A DNA stretch of 37,881 nt from a virus (lineage: Duplodnaviria > Caudoviricetes), in IMG/VR virus record IMGVR_UViG_3300014202_000046, positions 1 through 37,881 of that record. One strand, 5' to 3'. Shown piece after piece: positions 28,216-37,227 of this stretch; the first letter of the stretch is position 1, and every line of letters starts with the position of its first letter. Both the position numbers and the translations under genes were made by a program. The notes beneath the pieces were generated by a model, which was given only the letters and a program-made list of their open reading frames with translations, had not been told where the DNA came from and ran no database searches.

Positions 28216-29154
28216 TTACGCAGGTACAGCGATGACAACAGCAGCGTCGTCGCGGATCTCACCAACACCGTAGATGGTATCGGCTGTGAAGAGATCAGCA
28301 AGGAACTCCTGCTTGTACTGAGTCTGAGTGCGGACACTCATCTGCTCAACCAGAAGGATCGCGGAGCGGTGTGCCAGAACGCACATACGTGCATCCGGAG
28401 TAGCAGCGGCTTCTGTCGGGCAGTTAGTAGACACGTACACCGGGATACCGTACAAGTCACCGATCAAGCCGGTACGAATGGTATTCGCATTACCCGATTC
28501 ACCAATGAAGGCTTGCTCAGTGAAGCGGCTGATGCCTGTGAGGTTCTTCTTCTCGACCGGAGGTACGACAAGGAATCGCTCAGTCATCGGGACATCGGCG
28601 TCATCAAGGGTCTGGATAACCTTGCGGATGCCAGCGTCTGTCAGAGCGGCGTGGTTGTTGGAACCAACGACGTACAGAGTAGTACCGTCCGAACCGATCA
28701 CAGCCTTGTCACCGAATGAGGTAGCAGCACCGTCACCACCCTGAGCGAACCAGAAGGTTTCAAACAAGTGGGTGTCAACTTGCTTAGCAAGAGCGTAACC
28801 AGCGTCATCGGTATAGAACGCTCGCATACCTTGGAGAGCCTGCTTCTCAAGCAGATCTTCAATCAAACGAGAATACTCGTAGTGTTTGTTAATCGAGATA
28901 TCCTTGATACCTTCAGTTGCTGTAATAAGAGTAACAGCAGTAGAAGCAGCCTTAGCCGAGGCGGAGCCACGGGTCGGAGTCGGGATATGAATTGTGTCAC
29001 CCTTCTTACCATTATGGTTAAGACGAGTAACGAGATTGGCAAGTACGAGATTCTTTTTGTAAGCCGCAATAACTTCGTCGGCCCAAATTTCCGGGATAAA
29101 GTTTGCCCCGGTTGTAATCGTCATACTGTTTGTGGGACTAAATTCACCAGCCAT
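28216..29154 (-). CDS. major capsid protein
   Basis: FIPEIWADEV, KKGDTIHIP, FYTDDAGYALAKQVD, GDLYGIPVYVS, DTIYGV; follows the scaffold. Confidence 0.9.
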   Translation of the reverse strand: MAGEFSPTNSMTITTGANFIPEIWADEVIAAYKKNLVLANLVTRLNHNGKKGDTIHIPTPTRGSASAKAASTAVTLITATEGIKDISINKHYEYSRLIEDLLEKQALQGMRAFYTDDAGYALAKQVDTHLFETFWFAQGGDGAATSFGDKAVIGSDGTTLYVVGSNNHAALTDAGIRKVIQTLDDADVPMTERFLVVPPVEKKNLTGISRFTEQAFIGESGNANTIRTGLIGDLYGIPVYVSTNCPTEAAATPDARMCVLAHRSAILLVEQMSVRTQTQYKQEFLADLFTADTIYGVGEIRDDAAVVIAVPA

Positions 29155-29202
29155 AGTAGTTTCCTTAAGTGAGAGGTTAGTTAATTATTGTAAGTGTGCG
29201 CG

Positions 29203-29976
29203 TTACGTCACGACTCGTTTTTCAGCGTATGCTTGCATGATCTCCTGTTGCAAAGATGCGTACTTGTAGGGATCCTCTATCTGGAGGCGGACTAGATCAG
29301 ACCTACGGTAAATAGGTTTGTTAGCCGTGCTAGCATCTCTAGACGATCCTCGATTAATTGTAGTGGCGTCTTCGAGCCCTTGAGTGTTCTTAGGAACATG
29401 GGTGGTTGTGCCACTCGGTTCCTTGTGCAGCTCTTTGTAGAGCGTAAACATTTCATTGGCGTAATCGAAGTCACCATTAGCAGCCCGCTGCCAGTTAGCT
29501 TGACGTACCGGAGATGCCATAACCCAGTCTTGGAAATCTTGCTTCTCAACAAGCTGTCGCATATCAGGGTGAGCACGCTCCAATAGATCCAGAGCTTGCT
29601 GCTTACGCGCATTCTCTGTGGAAGCTTTAAGGGGCTTGACCGCTTCTTCAACTAATCGTTGTACAGTTTCGATAGGCTTTTCAAGGAACTCTTCTTCCGT
29701 AATGGGGCCTTGGGGCTTCTCGGCAGATGTGTCAGAATGTTTAAGATTCTGCTGTATCAAAGTATCCGTAATGCTACGCAGTTGCCCAAGTTCTTGTGCC
29801 TGTCTACCAGACTCTCGTTCGAGGTTCTGATACGACTCAATCATATCTTGGACTGTTTTGCCTTGGAATTTCTGGGGAATCTGATCGGATTCCACTACAG
29901 CAGTAAGACCTACTTTAGTGATGTCTGCTACTTCAACTTCAGTAGTCTTAGGATCGACAATTCTTTGTGAACTCAT
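29203..29976 (-). CDS. capsid scaffolding protein
   Basis: IPQKFQGK...YQNLE...GRQAQELGQLR, C-terminal EIMQAYAEKRV; upstream of the MCP. Confidence 0.8.
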   Translation of the reverse strand: MSSQRIVDPKTTEVEVADITKVGLTAVVESDQIPQKFQGKTVQDMIESYQNLERESGRQAQELGQLRSITDTLIQQNLKHSDTSAEKPQGPITEEEFLEKPIETVQRLVEEAVKPLKASTENARKQQALDLLERAHPDMRQLVEKQDFQDWVMASPVRQANWQRAANGDFDYANEMFTLYKELHKEPSGTTTHVPKNTQGLEDATTINRGSSRDASTANKPIYRRSDLVRLQIEDPYKYASLQQEIMQAYAEKRVVT

Positions 29977-30021
29977 AACGCACTCCTTAGTCTTTATCCT
30001 CTCGGGAGACTTGTAGGGTAA

Positions 30022-30267
30022 TTAAACAGGCTGGCCTAGTCGAATCAATTCTTCTCGGTTTGCCTTACGGTGCCTTTTAGCCCACTTATCAGCAGCAGTG
30101 GGGAAGGCGGTATCATGTCCGGGTAACTTAAAGTTACCTCCGGTTGTTATTCGTTTGGCTGGTACCTGACACTGAGGACAGGGCATGTCACCCTGTTTAT
30201 CTTCGTTACGGATAAAAGCTTCAAACTCATAACCACAAGCTTCGCAAGTATAGTCGTAGACTAACAT
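30022..30267 (-). CDS. FmdB-family zinc-ribbon protein
   Basis: YDYTCEACGYEFE...CPQC...AKRI. Confidence 0.8.
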   Translation of the reverse strand: MLVYDYTCEACGYEFEAFIRNEDKQGDMPCPQCQVPAKRITTGGNFKLPGHDTAFPTAADKWAKRHRKANREELIRLGQPV

Positions 30268-30536
30268 TACGATTCTAGTTCGTTTTCACCGTCGTCATCT
30301 GAATCCAACTCTGCTTGAGTCATTTCAGCTTTCAACAGATCTTCAAGGTTAATGAACTGTCCAAGGGTAAGTAACCGCCCTTGAGCAAGGTGGAGAGTCC
30401 GCTCATCGGGGAGGGACATCAAATCATTCTGTAAATCGTATGCTTCAGTGAATCGTTTCTGTATGTATTTCCACCCGTCCGACTGGAGGGTATTAAACAT
30501 GTCGTCGTATTCACGCCTCTGTTGTATCGTCAACAT
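30267..30536 (-). CDS. hypothetical protein downstream of portal (89 aa)
   Basis: GAGG SD; F...GWK...QG.L pattern typical of this gene position. Confidence 0.7.
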   Translation of the reverse strand: MLTIQQRREYDDMFNTLQSDGWKYIQKRFTEAYDLQNDLMSLPDERTLHLAQGRLLTLGQFINLEDLLKAEMTQAELDSDDDGENELES

Positions 30537-32702
30537 TCGCGGCTACCTCTCTCTTAGGGGGCGCGAGCCCCGGTTCTTGCTCTTCTTGTATTTGTCTAGC
30601 GATGGATGCTCGTACTCCGGCAACTTCTGGTGAGTTGCTCTCGGATTCAATTGTAGCATCTACGATGGCTACAGCCTTGGTAACCATAGAGGCCACGTTA
30701 GCACCCTCCTTACCAGCACCTGCTGCCATAGCAGTAACCAGTGCGGCGATAGCTTTAGCTCGTTCCACTTCACCCTTGTTGATGTTAGCAACAGCTTCAG
30801 ACATGTTCCAGATCGCTTCACCACGATCTCTAACAGCCTCGGCTTCAGCAGCAAGGTCATTACGAAGTTCCGCCTCAACAGCTTGCTGTATCTTGAAGTC
30901 CATCTCCCTCTTCTTGATCTCAATCGCGCCAAGCTTAGCTTGTTGATCGAAGTCAGGTTGCGGGGGTTGGGGATTCATAGACGCATCGAGATTCTGTTGA
31001 ATCAAGTTCATGAACATCTCTTTGTCTTCCATGTTATAGTTATGGAGGACAGACTTCATGAGAATCCAGTATCCCGTGGATCCGGGTTGTTGGGTCTGTA
31101 GCATCTGTGTAAGCTGCGCAACCTCGAACTCACGGGCTTGGGCACCAAGGGCACCAAAGATTCTGAACTTGTAATCACGAGTCGGATAACGTTCCGGATC
31201 GTATTGGATATATCTCCATGCAGCTTTGTGCACCAGAGGATCTAGCAACTGTCTTTCGATGTTACGAAGAGTTCTCTTAGCACGCTTGAGCATGGCTCCT
31301 AACATCATGGAGATGCCGGAAGCTGTCTCATTGCGGGGATTAACTCCTAAAGGGGCCGCTGTATCTAGACTTCCGGTAGCTACCGTAATCATACGTTCCA
31401 ACTCAGCAGACTGTCTGAATGTATTCGGATCAGGTCCGGGGAACTTGAACGGGGCAATAGCCTCATTGACGTTACCAGACACGATCACGTTACGTCCGGG
31501 ACGTACTTGATAGTCTTGGTTACGAGGTGCCATAGCACCATTGATAATCATCATGGGGTAGGTCGAGAGGGCCAAACTATCTACACGAGCACGAAGCTCG
31601 GCATCTAGAGCCTTCTGAGGATTGTAACCTTTCTCAGCAATACCACGCCCCCAGAATGAATTGGGGACTGTATCGTACTGGAATGCTACAAAGCTACGAT
31701 CTTGCATCGTAAAGGGATTACGAGCTACACGCAGGAGAGTGGATCTATTAGCAATCCACACAATCGCCTCAACAAGTTCTGCGGCGTCATCAATAAATGC
31801 GCCGTCAGGTTGTTGCATAAACGAAAGGGGATCTTCTACGTTAGACTTCTTCTGAGCTTCTTCAAAGTATCTCTTCGGTACTAGACCGTGATACTCGATG
31901 ATCTCTACACGATCTATCTGCTTACCATTAACAGACTTGAGCCCATTCTTATTGGAGTCAGATATACCAATGAATCCGTCGTAGTAGATCTTACGGACTT
32001 GATTCTGGAGGACTTCGTGACGAGGGACAAAGTATACGTGTGCCATACCAAGAGCGTTATCAATACGAGTAGCAGCAGTATCAATCACGAACTCATTCGG
32101 ATCAACAGCAACCAAACCTACTTGGATAAACTCACGAGTCTCGTAAGAACCGTCTTCTGTGGGATAGCGCTCTTTCTTCTTCTCTACTGTGACTTTACCG
32201 ATACCTGTGCCGTAGAGGGCTCCATTGAGAAGGATCTCTCCAATGGACTCGTCCACACCAGCAGCAGTGAAGTCCTCCACAAGCTGGTCAGTAAGTTGCT
32301 CTAACTCCTCGTTAGACTTTTTAGCGGCTTCTATAGCCTGCTCTGGACCGCCACCAGCGTCTTTGATCTTGGACATAGCCTTGAACTGGTTGGTCTCATA
32401 GACATCTTCTTCAAGGTCAAACCACCGCTTACGATGGAAAATAGACTCTTGCATCTCGGCAACAGACGCTTCTATCGCTTGTTGAAGGGCGGGAGCAATG
32501 AGCTGACTACGCTCTACTTGGCGAGTCTTATCTTCAGCCGCCCACCCCGCCACAGGCGATAGTACTCAGCCCATCGTCTGGAGTAGTTGTTGTTGCGAGT
32601 CTGTTCCCAATCATCAACCTTAGAAACTACCCAGCTAGTCAAGTCAGATGAGCTAGTGGGAGCAGTGCCTGTAGTAGGATTGTTAGCGTCAATAATTGGC
32701 AT
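30511..32702 (-). CDS. portal protein (~730 aa), interrupted by an apparent -1 frameshift near 32544
   Basis: Track ORFs 32514..32702 (...WAEYYRLWRG) and 30511..32553 (WAAEDKTR...) read as one portal. Motifs ALYGTGIGK, FVIDTAA, FWGRGIAEKGYNPQKALD, RNETASGISM. Confidence 0.85.
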
Positions 32703-32902
32703 TATTTGTTATTCGAGTCTGTGGTTTGTGCTTCCCGCTGCCGAGCAGCGCGTTGCTTATCAGCTTCAAGGTCTTTCTTTGATCTATGGGATTGGTTTGT
32801 CTCGGGATCGTACAGCCACTCCCGACCCTTCTCATCTCGGTATGAGTCGTAAATCTTACCGCCTTTTTCTTCTTGTACTTGTCCTGTGTATCTGTTTGGC
32901 AT
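32702..32902 (-). CDS. hypothetical charged protein (66 aa)
   Basis: AAGG SD; TAATG coupling to the portal. Confidence 0.6.
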   Translation of the reverse strand: MPNRYTGQVQEEKGGKIYDSYRDEKGREWLYDPETNQSHRSKKDLEADKQRAARQREAQTTDSNNK

Positions 32903-32903
32903 A

Positions 32904-33080
32904 TTAGTTAACCTTTGTTAAGTCTTTCAATTGGATCCACATAGTAGTTTCCTTGTTTGATTGGTCAGGCAAGTACCGAACAAATGCCCATGAGTCCGCG
33001 TGTTGTTTCTCTATTGGATCTATGTCTTCAATCTTAGCTTTATACGCATCTACGTATACAGTGTCATTAATATTGTACAT
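32904..33080 (-). CDS. hypothetical protein (58 aa, SH3/Tudor-like beta pattern)
   Basis: ATG overlaps the terL stop; YNINDTVYV...AKIEDI...FVRY...WI. Confidence 0.55.
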   Translation of the reverse strand: MYNINDTVYVDAYKAKIEDIDPIEKQHADSWAFVRYLPDQSNKETTMWIQLKDLTKVN

Positions 33081-34354
33081 TAGAATCCACTTGTCAGATC
33101 GTGGGGTATCCACGTATCATTCATGATTGCGTCGTTATAGAAAGGCTTAGCAACCTGATCTATGTACGCTAGAGAGTCCAACATGTCATCGTGAGCCATC
33201 GGGTTAGGGAAGTCCATCAATTGTCCGTGTAGTTTGTTAGTGTAAGGACCGGGCCTAAACGTTAACCTACCCTGTTGCATACGTCCTTGTAGTGCCCACA
33301 CGATTCTATCAGTCTTCTTCTTGTTCCCATGCGTCACTTCGGTAATTGGGGGGAACGTATTCAACCTCTTCATGTTGTCCATGAGGTACGGCATGAGAGC
33401 GTTTTTGAGAGCTCCTTTCTCGATACCGATCAATTGAGGTTTGTATTTCTGTGCTGTTCTTAAGACCGTAATAGCGGTCTCTCTTACGCCCCACCTTCCC
33501 GTGAGTATGTCCCATACGTGCCACCCTTCTGTATTTACCTTGACGATAGAGATAGCAGTCTCGTCAAGTCTCTTAAGATGTCCTTTGGCGATGCCTTGTA
33601 CATCTTCGTATCCAGCGGGATCCACAGTCATGTAGAACTCGCCGGGGGCATTGTCTTCCTTAACTACAAACAGATCGTTACTAAAGATTGTACCACCGAA
33701 AGAACTGAATGAAGCTTCAAACTCTTGGCGGACATATTCCATCGGCATGTCTTTAGTAGCTTGGAAGATCTCCTTCGGATCAATGAAGGGGTTGTCCAAG
33801 CTTGGGAATGTCCATGCTCCCCACTCATCATTGTCAACAGCTTGAGCAGCTACGAAGAGATCGTAGAAGTGGTTCTTACCATTGGGCGTACCAATGAATA
33901 AAGCCTCTCCCTTGACGTCTGCCAAAACAGGACGGACAATAGCGGACCACACTTCTTCCTTCATAAAAGCGTATTCGTCCATCACCACGTATGAAAGTCC
34001 TACACCTCGTAAGGTATCGGGTCTGTCGGATCCTTTTAGGTGGATTTGTCTTCCATTGATCAGGGTGATGATACACTCGTTCTCTCGTATACCCTTAGTG
34101 ACTGGCTGGGCCATCATCTTCAGGGATTGCCACATGATGTCCTTGGCTTGCTGGAATGTAGGGGCTATGTAGTACACCGCCTTATCAGACAAGTCATAAC
34201 CATGTTTATTAGTCATTTGTAGAGCGTGAACGATCAGCTCCACTCTCGCAAGATAGGATTTTCCAAACCGTCTTCCAGCACCAACTACTTTGAATCGATG
34301 AGGGTCAGCGAATATACGCTGTTGGGCTGGGTGTAAAGAAAATTCTAGATCCAT
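33080..34354 (-). CDS. terL: terminase large subunit
   Basis: HPAQ Q-motif, Walker A AGRRFGKS, YIAPT, LRG, Walker B VVMDE, IGTPNGKN, nuclease TVDPAG and HDDMLDSLAY. Confidence 0.95.
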   Translation of the reverse strand: MDLEFSLHPAQQRIFADPHRFKVVGAGRRFGKSYLARVELIVHALQMTNKHGYDLSDKAVYYIAPTFQQAKDIMWQSLKMMAQPVTKGIRENECIITLINGRQIHLKGSDRPDTLRGVGLSYVVMDEYAFMKEEVWSAIVRPVLADVKGEALFIGTPNGKNHFYDLFVAAQAVDNDEWGAWTFPSLDNPFIDPKEIFQATKDMPMEYVRQEFEASFSSFGGTIFSNDLFVVKEDNAPGEFYMTVDPAGYEDVQGIAKGHLKRLDETAISIVKVNTEGWHVWDILTGRWGVRETAITVLRTAQKYKPQLIGIEKGALKNALMPYLMDNMKRLNTFPPITEVTHGNKKKTDRIVWALQGRMQQGRLTFRPGPYTNKLHGQLMDFPNPMAHDDMLDSLAYIDQVAKPFYNDAIMNDTWIPHDLTSGF

Positions 34355-34357
34355 ATA

Positions 34358-34570
34358 TTACGACATATCTTCGTGCCCACAATAAGTGATCCCGTAGTTA
34401 CCCCATTCACCGGCCACACCGGGATTTAGTGGGGTATTGGTACCCATTGCAGTTTCGTTGTAGGTTTTACTGAAGGTTCCAGTGATATTACCTCCACCAG
34501 ACCCTTCTGATGGAGTTTGTGCGTCTTGTTTACTTGCCACCGTTGGAAACACCCACTCGACGATAGTCAT
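34358..34570 (-). CDS. G/T/N-rich hypothetical protein (70 aa), possibly the 3' half of a frameshifted gene
   Basis: ORF track; no SD before its ATG. Confidence 0.5.
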   Translation of the reverse strand: MTIVEWVFPTVASKQDAQTPSEGSGGGNITGTFSKTYNETAMGTNTPLNPGVAGEWGNYGITYCGHEDMS

Positions 34571-34682
34571 CCGGGGGACTAATGCCTGTTACAGTAGCGG
34601 CTTCACAGCCGAAGTCCTGTCCTTGGAGGTTGTGACCACCGGACTTACCGGCATTAGTTGCATCTGCGTTCTGATTACTCAT
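34530..34682 (-). CDS. 50-aa hypothetical protein, possibly the 5' half of a frameshifted gene
   Basis: Read by eye: MSNQNADATNAGKSGGHNLQGQDFGCEAATVTGISPPDDYRRVGVSNGGK; AGGAG SD. Confidence 0.55.
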   Translation of the reverse strand: MSNQNADATNAGKSGGHNLQGQDFGCEAATVTGISPPDDYRRVGVSNGGK

Positions 34683-35049
34683 CTTCATCTCCTATTTCTT
34701 CAAATTCCCCTTCAATATGGGGAAGTTTGGGAACATCGTCATTCAAACCCTTGATAATGATGTTGATTCCACCGAATCCTTCGTGACCACCGTAGTGTTC
34801 AACCGCTTTTCGTTGAGGAATCGCCCTATCAAGGAGCATTTTAGCTGCAACCAAGTCCCCTTCGAGAGCTTTCTTGACCACAACCTTGATTATCTTCTCA
34901 AAATCCTTGTTGATTGCCCCTGCGAACTGCTCAATAAGAGCGTTTTGCATCTGTGTAAGGGCGTTCTTTGATCCTACAGGTCTACCTGCGGGATTTCCAG
35001 ACTTGCCTTTGACTAGATTTGGGTTGCCCCTCCGTTTAACATCACTCAT
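34675..35049 (-). CDS. putative terminase small subunit (DUF5681-like)
   Basis: KGKSGNPAGRPVGSKN...KALEGDLVAAKMLLDR; upstream of terL. Confidence 0.75.
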   Translation of the reverse strand: MSDVKRRGNPNLVKGKSGNPAGRPVGSKNALTQMQNALIEQFAGAINKDFEKIIKVVVKKALEGDLVAAKMLLDRAIPQRKAVEHYGGHEGFGGINIIIKGLNDDVPKLPHIEGEFEEIGDEDE

Positions 35050-35050
35050 T

Positions 35051-36529
35051 TTATCTCAAACTAGTTAATTTGTTATAGAATTCTGTGCAAGTCACTACAT
35101 CAATTAGCCCTTGAGACTCCACAAGCCTCACATAAGCCACAATTTCATTCCACACGGACTCAGTAATAGTGAGCACAGCGGGAGTTGGGTCAATATCGTG
35201 ACCATAAAGCATCAGAGATCGGCCATATTTGATACATGTATTGATGTATCCTATGATCGTAGCCGCTGAAGCTTGGTCCATCGAGGCTCCAGACATCTTC
35301 ATCAATGCTTGAGGAGGGGAACATCTTGGATCCATACCAGCTTGTGTGTTGATTCGGGTGGATCTACCCATCTTATAACCTGCGTCAATCAATAGATTCT
35401 CTACATATGCGTTAGAGATTCCGTTAGAGTAGGCTATGAAGTCATTACCACGAGAGTATCCACGAGCTTGAAGCCAAGCTTTCGTCTGGGCAAACGATGT
35501 GAGGATCTGAGCATCAGTGAGTTTGGATGCTGTCGGACGTCCCGGATCGGGGGTTGTTGGAGTTCCGGTAATTGGAAAGGTGAATGTAGAGGCTCCGGTA
35601 ACTGTGACAGTGAATGTCCCATTGAACGATGGGCTCATGGCCCCACTAATCGTCACACTGTCTCCAGTAGTTAGTCCGTGAGCGAGACCTGAAACATTTG
35701 TCCATGTGGCTAAACCCGCCCCATTACTCACCAGTCCAGTTGTGCCCGCAAAAAGTAGCGGAACATCGGCGGAATCATTATATTGTTGTAGGCCAAAGTC
35801 CCATCCAGCGTTATACAACGTGGTATAGTTAGCCTCAGTTAGTCTCCCCACTCCACCTACTTGATAGGGAGATGAGAAGATTGTAGCTTTGAATCCTGCG
35901 GCTGCTAAAGAGGGGTATGCGTAGTTGATTTGTCCATCCATCGAATCATCAAAGGTGAACATCAATTGAGGCTTGTTTTTACCAATCCAAATCTTTCGGA
36001 TAAATACGTTAGCGGGAATGCCCTGTGCGGAGGCGTGCACGCCCAATCTAAAGTCTATTTTACCAATGGTGGCAAAGTTAGCAGGTCCCCCATTATTTCG
36101 TGTCCACGTATCTGTGAACATGGCTTGAGAAATAATCTGGCGTTTAGGCGTCTTATCGGCTCCGGATATTGGAGTTCTATTGATGTAGTTGAAGTAATCA
36201 GTCCCGGTCTGTTCTGTGATGAACACGACGATGGTGTCAACCACCGCCCCCGTACCTTCAGGCCATTCTGCCTCGAAGCAGAATATCTCTCCACCAGAGA
36301 GATCAATAGTGGCTCCCGGAGTAGTTTGATTGGGTTCGTATTTAAACGAAGCATACTGCGAGAGAGTCCCACCAGTGATATTAATACCTACCCCGCGTTC
36401 GTCATAAGTGTATGTACGCCCAGAAGCAGCGGGAGAGCCTGAGTTGAATACAATCGAAGAAGAAGGAATAGAACCGTCTGTGAAGTCGGCAATTAATCTC
36501 ATGCCTTGGGGGGATCTAAGAGAACTCAT
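35051..36529 (-). CDS. NodB/CE4 polysaccharide-deacetylase-like protein with N-terminal beta domain and an inserted Thr-rich domain
   Basis: FTFDDS, GFKATIF, LYNAGWDFG, IAYSNG, LYGHDI; insert HGLTTGDSVTISGA...FNGTFTVT...TFTF. Confidence 0.7.
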   Translation of the reverse strand: MSSLRSPQGMRLIADFTDGSIPSSSIVFNSGSPAASGRTYTYDERGVGINITGGTLSQYASFKYEPNQTTPGATIDLSGGEIFCFEAEWPEGTGAVVDTIVVFITEQTGTDYFNYINRTPISGADKTPKRQIISQAMFTDTWTRNNGGPANFATIGKIDFRLGVHASAQGIPANVFIRKIWIGKNKPQLMFTFDDSMDGQINYAYPSLAAAGFKATIFSSPYQVGGVGRLTEANYTTLYNAGWDFGLQQYNDSADVPLLFAGTTGLVSNGAGLATWTNVSGLAHGLTTGDSVTISGAMSPSFNGTFTVTVTGASTFTFPITGTPTTPDPGRPTASKLTDAQILTSFAQTKAWLQARGYSRGNDFIAYSNGISNAYVENLLIDAGYKMGRSTRINTQAGMDPRCSPPQALMKMSGASMDQASAATIIGYINTCIKYGRSLMLYGHDIDPTPAVLTITESVWNEIVAYVRLVESQGLIDVVTCTEFYNKLTSLR

Positions 36530-36954
36530 TATACGGGACGCCAGAAAACCAGAACTGTTTCGTCAACGGAGCCTGTGACTGTTAGAGCAGCAGCCGAATT
36601 AATGGCTCCATAGAACGGGAAGTGTAAATCTACAGTAGTAGAACCAGTTAAAACAATTGAACCAGACGCTATGACAGATCCTGTGTCTTTGGTGAATCCC
36701 GCTATAGTAGCAGTAGCTGGTCCAGCGTTCTTAAGAATTGTGATACCAATAAGGTGAGTATCATTCTGGACTCCACCTCCAATATCCACTGCTCCTGTGC
36801 CGTCACAAATAGTCAGATTAGATTCATTACGTGTTACGACGTAGCTAGCATCAGAGCCTCCAGTTCCCCCACCTTCTCGTACGCCCGGAATTAACGTCTT
36901 AAGGCCCACGGCCCAATAGGTATCCCCACCACTTGGATTAACTTCTGTTGCCAT
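36529..36954 (-). CDS. small beta-rich putative virion protein (141 aa)
   Basis: G/T/V-rich; first CDS of the late arm; TAATG-coupled to the next gene. Confidence 0.6.
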   Translation of the reverse strand: MATEVNPSGGDTYWAVGLKTLIPGVREGGGTGGSDASYVVTRNESNLTICDGTGAVDIGGGVQNDTHLIGITILKNAGPATATIAGFTKDTGSVIASGSIVLTGSTTVDLHFPFYGAINSAAALTVTGSVDETVLVFWRPV

Positions 36955-36986
36955 AGTTCATGTATCTCGTAGTTGATTGATGTGAA

Positions 36987-37062
36987 TGGAGCTGGATGCA
37001 GGAATCGAACCCGCTGCCTCGGCCTTACAAAGGGCGCGCTCTACCAGTTGAGCTAATCCAGC
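36987..37062 (-). tRNA. tRNA-Thr(UGU)
   Basis: GCTGGAT/ATCCAGC acceptor, GCTC/GAGC D-stem, loop TTTGTAA, GGTTCGATTCC, encoded CCA. One C:C mismatch in the anticodon stem. Confidence 0.9.
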
Positions 37063-37069
37063 GAATTGT

Positions 37070-37144
37070 TGGAGCGGGTTGAGAGAATTGAACTCTCGAC
37101 GTACAGTTTGGAAAACTGCCTCTCTGCCACTGAGTTAAACCCGC
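37070..37144 (-). tRNA. tRNA-Gly(UCC)
   Basis: GCGGGTT/AACCCGC acceptor, U73 + CCA, loop TTTCCAA, T-arm GAGAG-TTCAATT-CTCTC. Confidence 0.92.
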
Positions 37145-37148
37145 GAAG

Positions 37149-37222
37149 TGGCGGCTCCACTAGGTACTGCCCCCAGTTACGTAGGGTCAAAGCCTACTGC
37201 CTTACTTTTAGGCTATGGAGCG
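37149..37222 (-). tRNA. atypical tRNA-Gln(UUG)
   Basis: GTAGG-CTTTGAC-CCTAC anticodon arm, GCCT/AGGC D-stem, G73 + CCA. T-loop GGCAGTA, D-loop without GG, C1:C72 mismatch. Confidence 0.78.
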
Positions 37223-37227
37223 ATAAT

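Noticed and set aside
17818-36442. Many 60-171 aa plus-strand ORFs within the structural arm
   Set aside because: All are antisense to well-supported virion genes and have no recognisable motifs.
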